DNA of 63,728 nucleotides, from NCBI GenBank assembly GCA_030264375.1, contig JASCQW010000081.1, positions 73,866,029-73,929,756 of the forward strand, in the 5' to 3' direction. Source of the DNA: Carcharhinus longimanus. Its lineage: Eukaryota. Below are positions 52,539-63,728 of this stretch, one piece after another. The translations under genes and the position numbers were made by a program. The notes beneath the pieces are model-generated. The model saw only the letters and a list, made by a program, of their open reading frames with translations, was not told the DNA's origin and did no database searches. Position 1 is the stretch's first letter, and every line of letters starts with the position of its first letter.

Positions 52539-55500
52539 AGTCAACTAGTGAATAATTTACACAGGTTAAGTGATAGAAAGTTGCACTGTGCAACCACTGG
52601 AGGCTGAAACAAGGAGGGTCTTCCTGCTTCCATTTTTACTGCAAGCCAAATGGTGGCTTCCTGTGTGTTAACTATTCCATGATTTTATGACCCTTCAATG
52701 TGAAGAAGCTTAATGTTGCCACGATATTGTATTAATCCACAAAGAAAATAATGATTGAATTAAGTTTAATTTTAACATAATGTTTAGTTCACGCACTGTA
52801 AAATAAAGCACGCTGATAATTTAGTGTCTGGACTTGTCTTGGCAAGTGTTCAGATTTTTCTTTACCATAACAGAGAAGGGAACTACAAAAGATGAGATAT
52901 AAATATAAAATGCAGATTGCAAGGGAACACTACTGAAACACTCATACCGTTAATTATTGAGGAGACGGGCGTTTCTTTAAATGCCAGATACTTGTACTAT
53001 TTGCAGATGGAACTCGCACTGCTGTAGATATGAAATATCCACTTGAAGACCCAACAAGGTGGGGGGAGAATAGACAGTAAGGTGAGGTAAAACCACAAAG
53101 CACAAATATGAAGTTTAATCCAGTAATAGATTCGCGTCTTGAATGACTAGTATTAAAAAGTTTTATTTTGACCAGGAAGATATTAACAGTGCTCTGGGTC
53201 TTAGAGAATTAAACTGAAATTGGTTTTCAGCCTATCTACAGATGAATCAAATCCAGGAATGCTTGAGAATTGAGGGAATTTTGAGGGACATGGGGGATGA
53301 ATAGGTAGATGCACTTGACATGTGCAAGTGATGACAAAAGTAATAAGTTTCTAATTATGAGTTCAATTAACAAACTCAATGAACTTCAACTGACAAACTC
53401 AGTATCCAGTTTTGGGCAAGCTCATAGAAGTAGCTATTGTGCATCCAAGTTACCAAGAGGACTTAATGAATCAAATGAGAAATTAAACTGGAGTCATATG
53501 GGTTATGCCGGGTGCAAAGCCAAACCAACTTGGGTTTTTACATCAGCCTTGCAGTTTCCATGTGCTAGCCCACAATTTACCAGATTCATTGAATTCCGTT
53601 TCATAGCTTGCTCTGGTGGGTTTGAATTTGTAACCTCTGCATTGCCATTTTGTCCTGTAACAGCAAACTTTGGCGCATGCCTATCAAAAATAAAATTGGA
53701 GAGAACCTTTTGAGTGAGCATTAAAACAGCTTTTGAGAGGGTTTATTTCACTTGAACAACCTCATAGGTGTATGTGGAGGTGACATGCCAAATTCATAGG
53801 GAAATGATATGACTGCAAAAGTGGTCACAGTTGCGTTCTTTCTGAATGTGAACAGATGATTGGCTAGGTTGCACCTGAGTGTTTTGTGACATTCTGATAT
53901 CCATGAGATAAATGGTCTACCCAGACCCAGTAGACAAATCAGGTTCAAACACATGGTTGGAGGGATGAGCTGCAAGAAATGACTTCAAAAATTGAAGTTC
54001 CTAAGTTTTGAAACTTTCAGCAATTAGTGTAGAGAACAAGATCCTTTGCGCTGCAATGGTGGACCAGAAGCTTCGGGCTCAAGTCCAACGCCAGGACTTG
54101 TCTGTCACAGAAGAAGCATTCAGAATCTGGTTCAACAGGCTGATAATGAGCTTGGGAATCCTTTCACCACTTGTTCCACTGGTCCCCAAAGGGAAAAAGT
54201 GTGTGTGTGAAGATAGACTTAAAAAAAGACTGGATTGTTGTTTACAGGAAAAGTGTTAGACATGTCATCAAGTGGAAACNNNNNNNNNNNNNNNNNNNNN
54301 NNNNNNNNNNNNNNNNNNNNNNNNNNNNNNNNNNNNNNNNNNNNNNNNNNNNNNNNNNNNNNNNNNNNNNNNNNNNNNNNNNNNNNNNNNNNNNNNNNNN
54401 NNNNNNNNNNNNNNNNNNNNNNNNNNNNNNNNNNNNNNNNNNNNNNNNNNNNNNNNNNNNNNNNNNNNNNNNNNNNNNNNNNNNNNNNNNNNNNNNNNNN
54501 NNNNNNNNNNNNNNAAACATTTCACTAATATCTATGATTCCGAATTCCATACCCAGCTCAGGTATAATATTTAATACAGATTTCTCTTACATGTTCAGCA
54601 AATAACCCAACATGTTGAGGGTTCTCATGACAAGAGTAGATCATACTGTTTGCTCAGGATAATTTTTAATTGGTAATTAAATTGTCTTGGCATTGGATAA
54701 TACATTAATTGTCCCATCCTCAAACATTGGTCATGTGTATTTTGCATTTGTTTTCTCAGCTTTAAATCATAAAAAACTTGATGATCCAACAGCTCAGTAA
54801 CTGGAATTACATTTTATTTTGGCATTGTATCTGTTTGCTGAGTGACAGTTCAGAGAATGAAAACTTTGTGAACACGGTTACATTGTGCTTTCTTTGAGTT
54901 AATGAGAATTTTCTTATTTGGGGAGAATCAGGAAGATTTGTGTGACGTGGTGATGTTCATTTAACCCATCAATGGAATTTCAAACTGTTGGCTGAAGCCA
55001 ATCATTGTTGACACGATTTGAGGTTATTGTGTCCCTTCTAATGAAGTGATTGTTGAAGCCATGAGAAAATAGTTAAGTTGTTTCACATTTTGACAAATTT
55101 ATCCTTTTGGATACAGCTTTGGCTCAGAGTCTTTCAGTAATGTTTATCCCAAAATACGTTAATGGTTTGCAGACGGCATTTCTTTATAGTCAAATCTCTA
55201 TTGCAGGATGATAGTGCACAAAGATATGAAGATGCTTTGTATTGTGTCAATAATGTGCTGCACCACTGACTAATTCATTGTCACTAAGTGACAAATTAAA
55301 TGGTACCTGTACAGTAGTAATATGTGTTGCTCAACTGCTGTCTGACCTTTTGACTCTTGACCTTAATTTTCTTTTCTTCTATTGCCTCCAGACTTTTGGC
55401 AAATGCAGTGGAATCAGTTCTGGATGAGTTGATTAATTCAGTCACGATACTTTAGCCAGGGTTTCATTGGCTGTTGCAGCACAGCCAACTGATGCATTTG

Positions 55501-57397
55501 TTACCGAGGCACAGCAAATGCAAAAAACAAGTTTAGTTGGCATAAATTGTGCAATTCAAATGCTGAAACATTATTCCAGAATAGTGTTTTAGTGTTACCA
55601 TAATATTAGGACTGGATATTTTGATGCAGTTCTGTGCAGACAGACCAAACCCTTTACTTTCATTTCCTCACATCAGGTGTATAAAAAAATGATCCTAAAA
55701 CTCCAGCTGAAGGACATGCACTTTCTGTTGACTGCTGGTGATGGAATTCCCTCTTATTCAAAATGAGTTTGAAAGGAATAAAGAGATAAATGTATATTTT
55801 GGCATCTGCTTGAATTTGAGGACACCTTAATGGAGATATTGTACGACTTCATTAGAAATTTATTTTTAACACTTGGCGTCTGATAATCTATGCCAAGGGG
55901 GGTAGTGTGAATCAGGAAATTTCCTGGTTTGTGGATCTATCTTGTGGAAAACATGCCTCATCTTATCCCATTTTCACTCTGGTCAATAAGCAGGGCGGTG
56001 CGAGGGCACAGACATACAAGTGCAAGATGGAATCGGCCCCATTGCCCCCAGCTGCACATCAGAGGTGATTATAGGAGGTACTGAGTTTGCAAGATCCACC
56101 TTAGACCCAGGTGCTTTGTGAAGTAACCTTGACCCCATCACTGCGTGGATCCTTCCAGCCCAGTGCAATCTTAATGCCAAGCCATGTCCCCCTCCATCCT
56201 CATGCCACTCTTCTTCTCTCTCCCCCCCACCCCACACACCTCCACCCACCCATTAGTGTATTTGCTAACAAATTTGAATCTATACTGCTCACGCAGCACC
56301 CTTTTCCTTGCATCCTCCATGACAACTCGCTCAGTATCTGGCAAGGGTAAACCAGGTTTAATTGCACTGCAAGGGAACTTTTTAGACAGGTTAGAGGCAG
56401 ATGGCAGGGAGGAATACTTTGAATTTCAGTGTGTAACAAATATGAGGTTTATTGTTATGTTGAAATAAAGCAGAGATCCAAGTATCTGTTGCAACCTTTG
56501 TTGTCATAAAAACAAAATCATTCATAAAGAAGCTCTTCAGGTGTTTAATCCCTTCAGAAACATAGGGGCTTATATTCATAGCCCCACAGCAAATCCTTCA
56601 ATAACCAATTTGAACTGTCAATCAAAATTTGATGGTTGGATACTTACAGGTTTTGGAAAGCAGCCAGGCATAAATAATAATGTTATGATAGCCTTTTTAG
56701 GTAATATCATCAAACACTTACTGTGTTTGATGATATAACCTGCTAAAACAGATTACTCTCAACTCCTGCAACTCCACAAATCTTGCTTTTAAACTACATG
56801 AAGCAACTTGCCAAGTGGGTAGCCTCGCTTTGGCTTAATGCATTGATTTCATAGGGTTTATTTAAATAGCAGCGTATTGTTGGTTTTATAAACAAAATAA
56901 CCTTTATTGTATCAAGCTTCATATTACGTTCAGAGGAAGCTTTGCAAATTGGCACTTGCAACTGCAAGAATTAAGTCAGAAGATGTTGGTCTTGCCTTGG
57001 CCATGGTAGAAATCTGAATTTTGCTGCAGAATTTGTTGAACTTTGGATTTTAGTTCCAAGTATTGTGTATGCAAGGGAAACAACCTGGGCAGGGATGATG
57101 GGGAGGACAGGTCCCTTTGGAGACAATGGTTATTGTCTTAACTTGACATGTCAAGATGTTTAAACTCTAGGCATAGTTTGGATTTGACTTCAATGGTGGA
57201 GGAATCAGAAAATGCAGCATTTCAATCAGTAACTTTTGCTGTTGAGGTGTGTCAGTCATGACCTCTATGTTCACCCAAAAGTGTGTTTATCATCTTTTGT
57301 TCCTTTCAACCAGTTGTTATGAATGTAGATGTGGAGACATTAGTCTTTTTTGCCTTGAGCCAAGGCTTTTCTAAATTTCACAATCTGCTTCTTTCAG

Positions 57398-57508
57398 AAA
57401 TGGGATTTCAATTTCGGAAAAAAAAGATCTGATGGTGGTGAAAAAGGAGCCTCTTCTCTTTGTCCAACGAGCATGTCAACCACAAGTTAACAGGACAGAA
57501 TCACTTAG
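57398..57508 (+). CDS. ATF6: ATF6 luminal exon with conserved Cys and N-glycosylation sequon (equivalent to human exon 11)
   Basis: CTTCTTTCAG acceptor, AG|GTGAGT donor; 111 nt, phase 2/2. Translates (R)[36 protein letters not shown](R), against recalled human [30 protein letters not shown]. Confidence 0.93.
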
Positions 57509-59407
57509 GTGAGTAGGGAGTATTGTAAGGAAACCACCAAAAGTTCTCTGTTTTTCTTTTATTTTCATTTAGTTGGAAAAAAGATGCCTTGCTTGATATA
57601 TTCTCATACCTGTTGAGCGTACTTAATGAGTAAATGTTTATCATCAGTATTTAAATTTAACAGCCCAGTTTGCAGCATTTTATGTGCTTTGTGTAAGAGG
57701 GAGCAGTGCAGATAGGGGGATCTGGCATCAAGCACACTGGATGGTTCATTCCTCCAAAGTGAATCTTTTAAAATAAGGCTACGTTCTTCCTATTTAACTG
57801 CACCACAAGTAAATTTTGTAGACCTGTTAGAGAGGTAGGTTTGTGTAAATTGTCCTTTTATGTTGGTGGCAGGGAGGAATACTTCGAATTGCAGTGTGTA
57901 ACAAATATAATGTTTATTGTGTTTTGAAACTCTCTCTTTAAAGTAAAATGGTGCTCTGTGAACTGCTCTGTATTCTGCCCAAAAGCAAACCTGGGTGGCT
58001 TGGTTGTGACTGGGACAAAAGGTGTCCAAGTCCAAAGAGTTTGTGAGAAGATGCAAGATATTCACACCTGTAGACAAGGGCAAGAATACTTGTGTTGACT
58101 GTGGATAGATTGTTGGTCTCCAAGGCTCACAGAAAGGTGTGAGCAATGTTATAAATGGTTACACTTTAAATTGTCTATTTAATTCTAAGCTAGAATGGAA
58201 TTAGGGTCCGGAAATCATAACAAGTGGACTTAAGGACTTGGTTTTCATTGCTCATACCTGGATTTGAACCCAGACTGGAAGAAGATTAAATTATCCTTTC
58301 AAATGTATAAATTCAAGAACATTTTTGCAGACCACCTCCCCAGTTCCTTGTCAATCCATTTGCTATTAAAAATCCACATTTGCTTGGATGTATGTAATAG
58401 AAAATTAACCAGCTGTTGTTTGGATTGGAGATGAAATATTATTATATTAAGTTTGGAGCAGGGTCACAAAGGCTTTGCAGCTGGCTATTGTACCATTATT
58501 GGGACTGCTTGATGCCAGGTGTAAGGTAAGTAAAGAAAGTCCATTCCTTACTGCAGAAGAACCAAGAAAATAACAAATCACCCTTTCTTCCTGGTGTTTG
58601 AGTAAGCTGTAATAAACGTTTCAAGTGAACAGGATTGCATGAGTGAAGTCAGCTTTTCGGCCACCCACAATGAAAGTTTGCAAGTACTGTGTTTGAATAA
58701 AAATACGTTTTCATTGAGAACTTCATATTTCGAAAGTGATGGAACTTAAAGCACAGAAGGTGGCCATTTGGCTGGCTTTGCATGTCTGTACAGATGCTGT
58801 TACATTGGCATGTGTCTTATTTTTCTTTGTATATTTCTGTCTTTTTCTTCCCTCCCTTCAGCAGCCGTGACTCATTTCACTGCAGAGCTCTCCTGGCTTT
58901 CAGTTGAATTCTAATATAATGTGGCCCGTAGCTCCTTTTGACTACTTGTTTTCGTTACTGTATTGTTTTCACTCAACTCAAAAATAATTTATGTAACCAG
59001 GAATGCATTGTGTCCTTCTAGGAGTTTGAGGGGTAAATAAGAGGCTACTTGTTGGCCATAACACAGTCCCAAGAGAGCATTATCCCTGTGGAGCTTGCTC
59101 CTTGTCAGTCAAGATTTAGGTATTGGATTTAACAGTTAATACATATTTTAGCAGCCTGCTGAATAATTCAACTGATGTTTTTAATGGTAAACAATGCATT
59201 AACGGAACTAGCCTATTTACCTACAAGGTAATATGTTTTGATCCTGTTGTTTTATTAATAGTGCTTTGCTGATGTTAACTACTAAGGATACATGGAATTT
59301 ATCCAAAATAACCTATTTCAAAAAATAACCTTTGTAAAGATCCCAATGCATTATGTTACATAATTGAGTGAATTCGCAGTTGGATTCAGTTAATGATCCA
59401 GTGAAAA

Positions 59408-59755
59408 GGGAGGCGATGCCCTACTGGTGTTTTGGCTAGACTATTAATTGAGGAACTCAGCTAATGTTCTGGGGACCTGTCACAGCAGATGATAGAATTT
59501 GGATTCAATAAAAAATAGCTGGAATTAAGAATCTACTGATGACCGTGAAACCATTGTCGATTGTCAGAAAAACCCATCTGGTTCACAAATGTCCTTCAGG
59601 GAAGGAAATCTGCCTCTTTTCCTGGTCTGGCCTACATGTAACTCCAGAACCACAGCAATGTGATTGACTCTCAACTGCCCTCCAAGGGCGACGAGAGATG
59701 GACACTAAATGCTGGTCAGCCAGTGATGACCATACCCCATGAATGAATAAATGAA
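59408..59755 (+). mobile_element. SINE with degenerate tRNA-like head and LINE-shared tail
   Basis: Core AAACCCATCTGGTTCAC.AATGTCCTT.AGGGAAGGAAATCTGCC...GGCCTACATGT.ACTCCAG; tail AAATGCTGG..AGCCAG...CCCATGAATGAATAAA, also seen alone at ~62205-62270. Confidence 0.65.
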
Positions 59756-59886
59756 ATAAAGATTGTCCATTTTAACGTTGCTTCAGCAGCTCCCAAATTG
59801 AATGTCCAGTGTAAACTTGTGAAAATCATCCTAGTGCTGTGGTAGCTAATTATTCATGCAATGTTTTCTCTGTTATCTTGGTGTAG

Positions 59887-59986
59887 GCTAGCAGATGAAC
59901 TCCATGGATGGATCCATCGACATGAAGTCGTCAGAGTCAAAATGAGAAAAGGATCCAAAATGCTTCATAAAATAAGAACTGTGTCG
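59887..59986 (+). CDS. ATF6: ATF6 luminal exon (equivalent to human exon 12)
   Basis: TAG acceptor, GTAGGT donor; 100 nt, phase 2/0. Translates (R)[33 protein letters not shown], against recalled human LNHELRGWVHRHEVERTK. Confidence 0.92.
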
Positions 59987-61197
59987 GTAGGTACTTATTT
60001 TTAAAAAAACTTCTGTTTGTGGATAGTTACAGTTTGAGAAATGAGCACATGCCCGAGGAGTAAAGTAAATGTCAAATTTACTGCTGAAGTCAATTGTAGG
60101 ATAGGGTGGGAGTGGTTGGGGTCAGTGGACATGGAAGAAGGTTCCACGCCCACCAAATAAGCATCGCAATTCGCGAGAACTAAGAATTGTGAGCAATTCT
60201 AGATATTTCACGCATTCCCCCCCTCTATGAAATGTTAAGAATCTTGTGTGGCTGTGGAATATTGAAGCCCTTTTTGTTTCACTTTTGGGCCTTTTTTTCC
60301 AAACCTCTTTCACTCGAGCTAATTTGGCTTCTGCATTTTAGGTAACATCTGTCTCTGATCCTCTTGTTCTTCTAATTGAGCTAAATTTTAAATAAGTCCA
60401 GGATTGTGATCAGAAAACTTCATTGTAAATTCCTCCAGCTGCTGCATCTATCTTGTGCCTACACAGGAACTTCAGCCCATCTTGGAAAAGCCATATTGTG
60501 TCGCAATGTTGGATCTTATAATAGATCAGCTGATAGTCATACCAATTTTCGGGGAAAAAGTCGATCGAGGTATTATTCTTGTCTGTATCATGTTATTTTC
60601 TAAAATTTTCCAATTGGGAACTAAATGGAGCTTTTGGAAAATTTCCTGTTTTTAGTCCTTTTAAATTATTGTAATTGGATCCAAGGGGCTACGAGTAATT
60701 TGAATAAAATTCAAAAGAGAAAATGTTTTGCTTTTCTGAGACTCCTAACTACCTCTTAGTTTAGCCATAGTGTGTACAGCATTCAGCATATTTCATGTGT
60801 TCATGCCAGTTGATAACTAAGTTGATTCAGAACCTTAGTGGTTTACCATTTGTCTCCAGTCAATGATTGCGATACTTTCATTAAATGAGATGCTCAGCAA
60901 AATTATTTTGGGTGCAATCAATAAACCAAGCCATCTCAGTCATGGTATGCATTAGTGCCTTGCCATGTGCTGTTAGAGTCACACTGATGAGTGCTGATTT
61001 GGGGAATAAATAAATGAAATGCTGGCATTTGAGAAGAAATACTGAGCAGTTAATCAGTCTACTGTTAAGTATTGAATAGGTAATACATACGTTAGTATAG
61101 TGCATTATTATAGCGTTGGGATTGATGACCAATTAGTTGGTTTTAATTGTCTTTTGAACTGTTAATTAAATTTATCACTGGTAACTAATTTGAGTTG

Positions 61198-61300
61198 AGA
61201 ACCTTCCACACACCTGATGAAGGGACACCGTTTCCGAAAGCTTGTGAGATTACTAGCAAATAAACTGGTTGGACTCTAACTTGGCGTTGTGAGACTTCTA
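61198..61300 (+). mobile_element. Penelope-like terminal repeat with an intact minimal hammerhead core
   Basis: CAC-CTGATGA (61214-61220)-A-GGGA...TTCC-GAAA (61236-61239)-GCTT-GTG, followed by AAATAAACTGGTTGGAC...GTTGTGAGACTT. Confidence 0.7.
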
Positions 61301-63728
61301 ACTAATTTGAGTGGCAGATGTTTTCCTTAAATGTGTTATTTCTAATTCTGTGCATTTTTTTTAAAGTCAGTCATTCCTCACGCCATCCATGCATTAGATC
61401 CGGATAACTGTGATGCAAGCTGTTGCTTAAACTTGTTACCAGGCCACTTAGATAGGTGTCCTGAACAAATTTTGCAATCTAGTAGCAATGCTGTATTTCA
61501 TGTTATTGTTTTAAACAGGTAGGGAATTAATTTAAATAGCACTCATTGTTCCACTTATCTCCCATAACACCCGAAAAGTGTTTCCCTCTTTGTAATTGGT
61601 GGCGCATTTGTCCAACACCACAATGATTTTGGTATGATCCAATTTGTATTAATAACCCCGCATCAAGCCTGAGATAGGATTAATGTGAAGGATTAGTTTA
61701 TTTGCACACATTCAAAATTCATAGAGAGTTTGCAACATCCCTCGCTTTCAGATAGTGAAGAGAGATATTGAGAAAAGAAAAATTTACAGTGCAGAGGCCA
61801 CGAAGAAAATAAATATTCCGCTTTGGTGGTTGAGGAAGTGGATGTTGGAGATGGGTGCCAATGAAGCAATCTGCTTCTTGATGGTGTCAAGCTTTTTGTG
61901 TTGTTGGAGTCACAGTCCTGACTTATGTCTTGTTGATGGTGGACAGGCTTTGGGGAGTCAGGATGTGAATTACTCACCGCAGAATCCCCAGCCTTTGACC
62001 TCCTCATGTAAACATATCATTTATGTGGCTAGTCCAGTTCAATTTCCAGTCAGTGCTATCCCCAGGTTTTGATAGTGGGGGATTCAGTGATGGCAGTACC
62101 ATTTAATGTCAAGCGGAGATGGTTAAATTCTCTCGTTGGAGAAGGTCATTGCCTGGCACTCATGTGCCTTGAATGTTATTTTTCACTTATTAACGCTTCT
62201 GAAGGTTAGCTGGGGATGGGCGATGAATGCTGGTCTAGCCAGCAATGCCGACATCCCACTAATGTATAAGAAAACCCAACCCTAAGTGTTGTCCAGGTCT
62301 TGTTGCATACGGACCTGGACTGCCTCAGTGTTTGAGGAGTTACGAATGATGCTGAATATTGTGCAATCATCAGTGAACAATCCCATATCTGACATGATGA
62401 GGGCAGGTCTTTGTTGAAGCAGCTGACAGTGGCTGCACCTTGGGCATTACCCTGAGGCAATCTTACAATGATGTTAAGGGACTGACATGATTGACCGTGA
62501 ACAACCACAACCATCTTCCTTTGTGCCGAGGTATGACTCCATTGAGTGGGAAATCTTTCCCCCGATTCCTATTAACTCCAGTTTCACTCATGCTTCTAGA
62601 TGCCACGTTCTGTCAAATGTGGAATTATTATCTAGGGCAGTCACTCGAGCTGAATCTTCTATAGTTTCACCACTCTCTCTTCTCACAGTCCATCTTGCTC
62701 CAGTTATTATCACGTTCTGTTCCTGTGACAAGTTAGTTCTCATATAAGGTAGCTCATAAGCTATGAATAGCATATCAAGCCTTTTAAATTGCATTAAAGA
62801 GATGGTCCTGAAATGTTAATTTACTATTATTGACTGAAGTTGCTTTTTTATAAGTCCATTACAGCCTACATTTCCAGCAACTGACAATATGATAACATGA
62901 CAACAGCAGATAACCATGGCAACGCAGTTCTCATTACCGTTAATGATGGTTTGACCTAATTAGAACTGTTATGTTTGACAGCACTCATGCTGTTGTGTTG
63001 CAGTCATCCTGTAAGTGTACGTGGGCAGATGGTAGAAGGGCGTTAGCAACAATAAAGAGCTGAATTGTGCGGGGTAAAATTCTGATTTTTAAAAAATGCT
63101 ATTTAATTTTGGCTCTGAACAATTTAGCCCATTCTGCAATCCTGTGCCTGTTTTGCAGTTCTGTTTCTTTTCATTCCATCTCAGCAAGCAAATAATATTA
63201 CTAGAATTGGAACACTTGGAAAAGGTTTGTCCACAAGCAGAGATTGTTTAATATAACACGTTACGAAAATAGAGAACACCTGTTTTCAGCCAATGTCATG
63301 GATCAAAGTCCTTTCTAATGAGTGCATGGTTTTGTGGTTAGAGCCATAGTTTGTTTCTCCTGTGAGCCAAGCTTGGAAATTAAGCACTGAATGTTATAGC
63401 TGCTGCACTGTCATACCTATTGAATCACCCTCACCGGTAAATGATTCCAACGCACCAACAGCAGCAAACCTGACATTTCTTTTGTACAGCAGTAGTCCAC
63501 AATCCAGATTATAGCTGGACCAAAAAAAATCATTACTCAGCATGAAAGGGAGAAAATAAAAGTCCTTTTGTGTTGGTACAATGGGCGTTAGTTGTGCAGT
63601 GCTGCTGCAGTTGTGTTGATTGCTCATTACTTTGCACACTGCAAGGCTAGAATTTCTTGTGTTTATTGCTCATTGCTCTGTACTCCAAGTGCTGGAGTTT
63701 ACTATATTGTTTGCCCATTGCTCTGTAT

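Noticed and set aside
53309-53713. 134-aa ORF and overlapping antisense ORF
   Set aside because: No recognisable motif or splice context; length is compatible with chance.
59987-63728. Further ATF6 exons downstream, or upstream of 17773
   Set aside because: No splice-bounded segment with recognisable ATF6 similarity. They are probably outside the window, in gaps, or too diverged to see by eye.

Overview
Eukaryotic, repeat-rich intronic DNA from a cartilaginous fish, most likely a shark (inferred from HE1-type SINEs, CR1 LINEs and shark-type Penelope termini), in a gapped assembly. The backbone is a + strand ATF6 (ATF6-alpha-like) gene. Five consecutive GT-AG exons are visible (bZIP, transmembrane, S1P site, two luminal exons) and they splice in frame; the gene's start and end were not found in the window. 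The introns hold a decayed CDV3 processed pseudogene with an inverted partial second copy, a TSD-bounded Ty3/Gypsy element, Penelope-like elements with minimal hammerhead motifs, a Tigger/pogo remnant, many CR1, Rex-Babar and Tx1 fragments, and SINEs. The most striking observation is an internally deleted RTE retrotransposon whose 5' end folds by eye into an HDV-like ribozyme with an unusual L3 hairpin insertion, in sense orientation within the ATF6 pre-mRNA. All homology calls are from recalled family motifs, not database searches, and repeat boundaries without a TSD are approximate.
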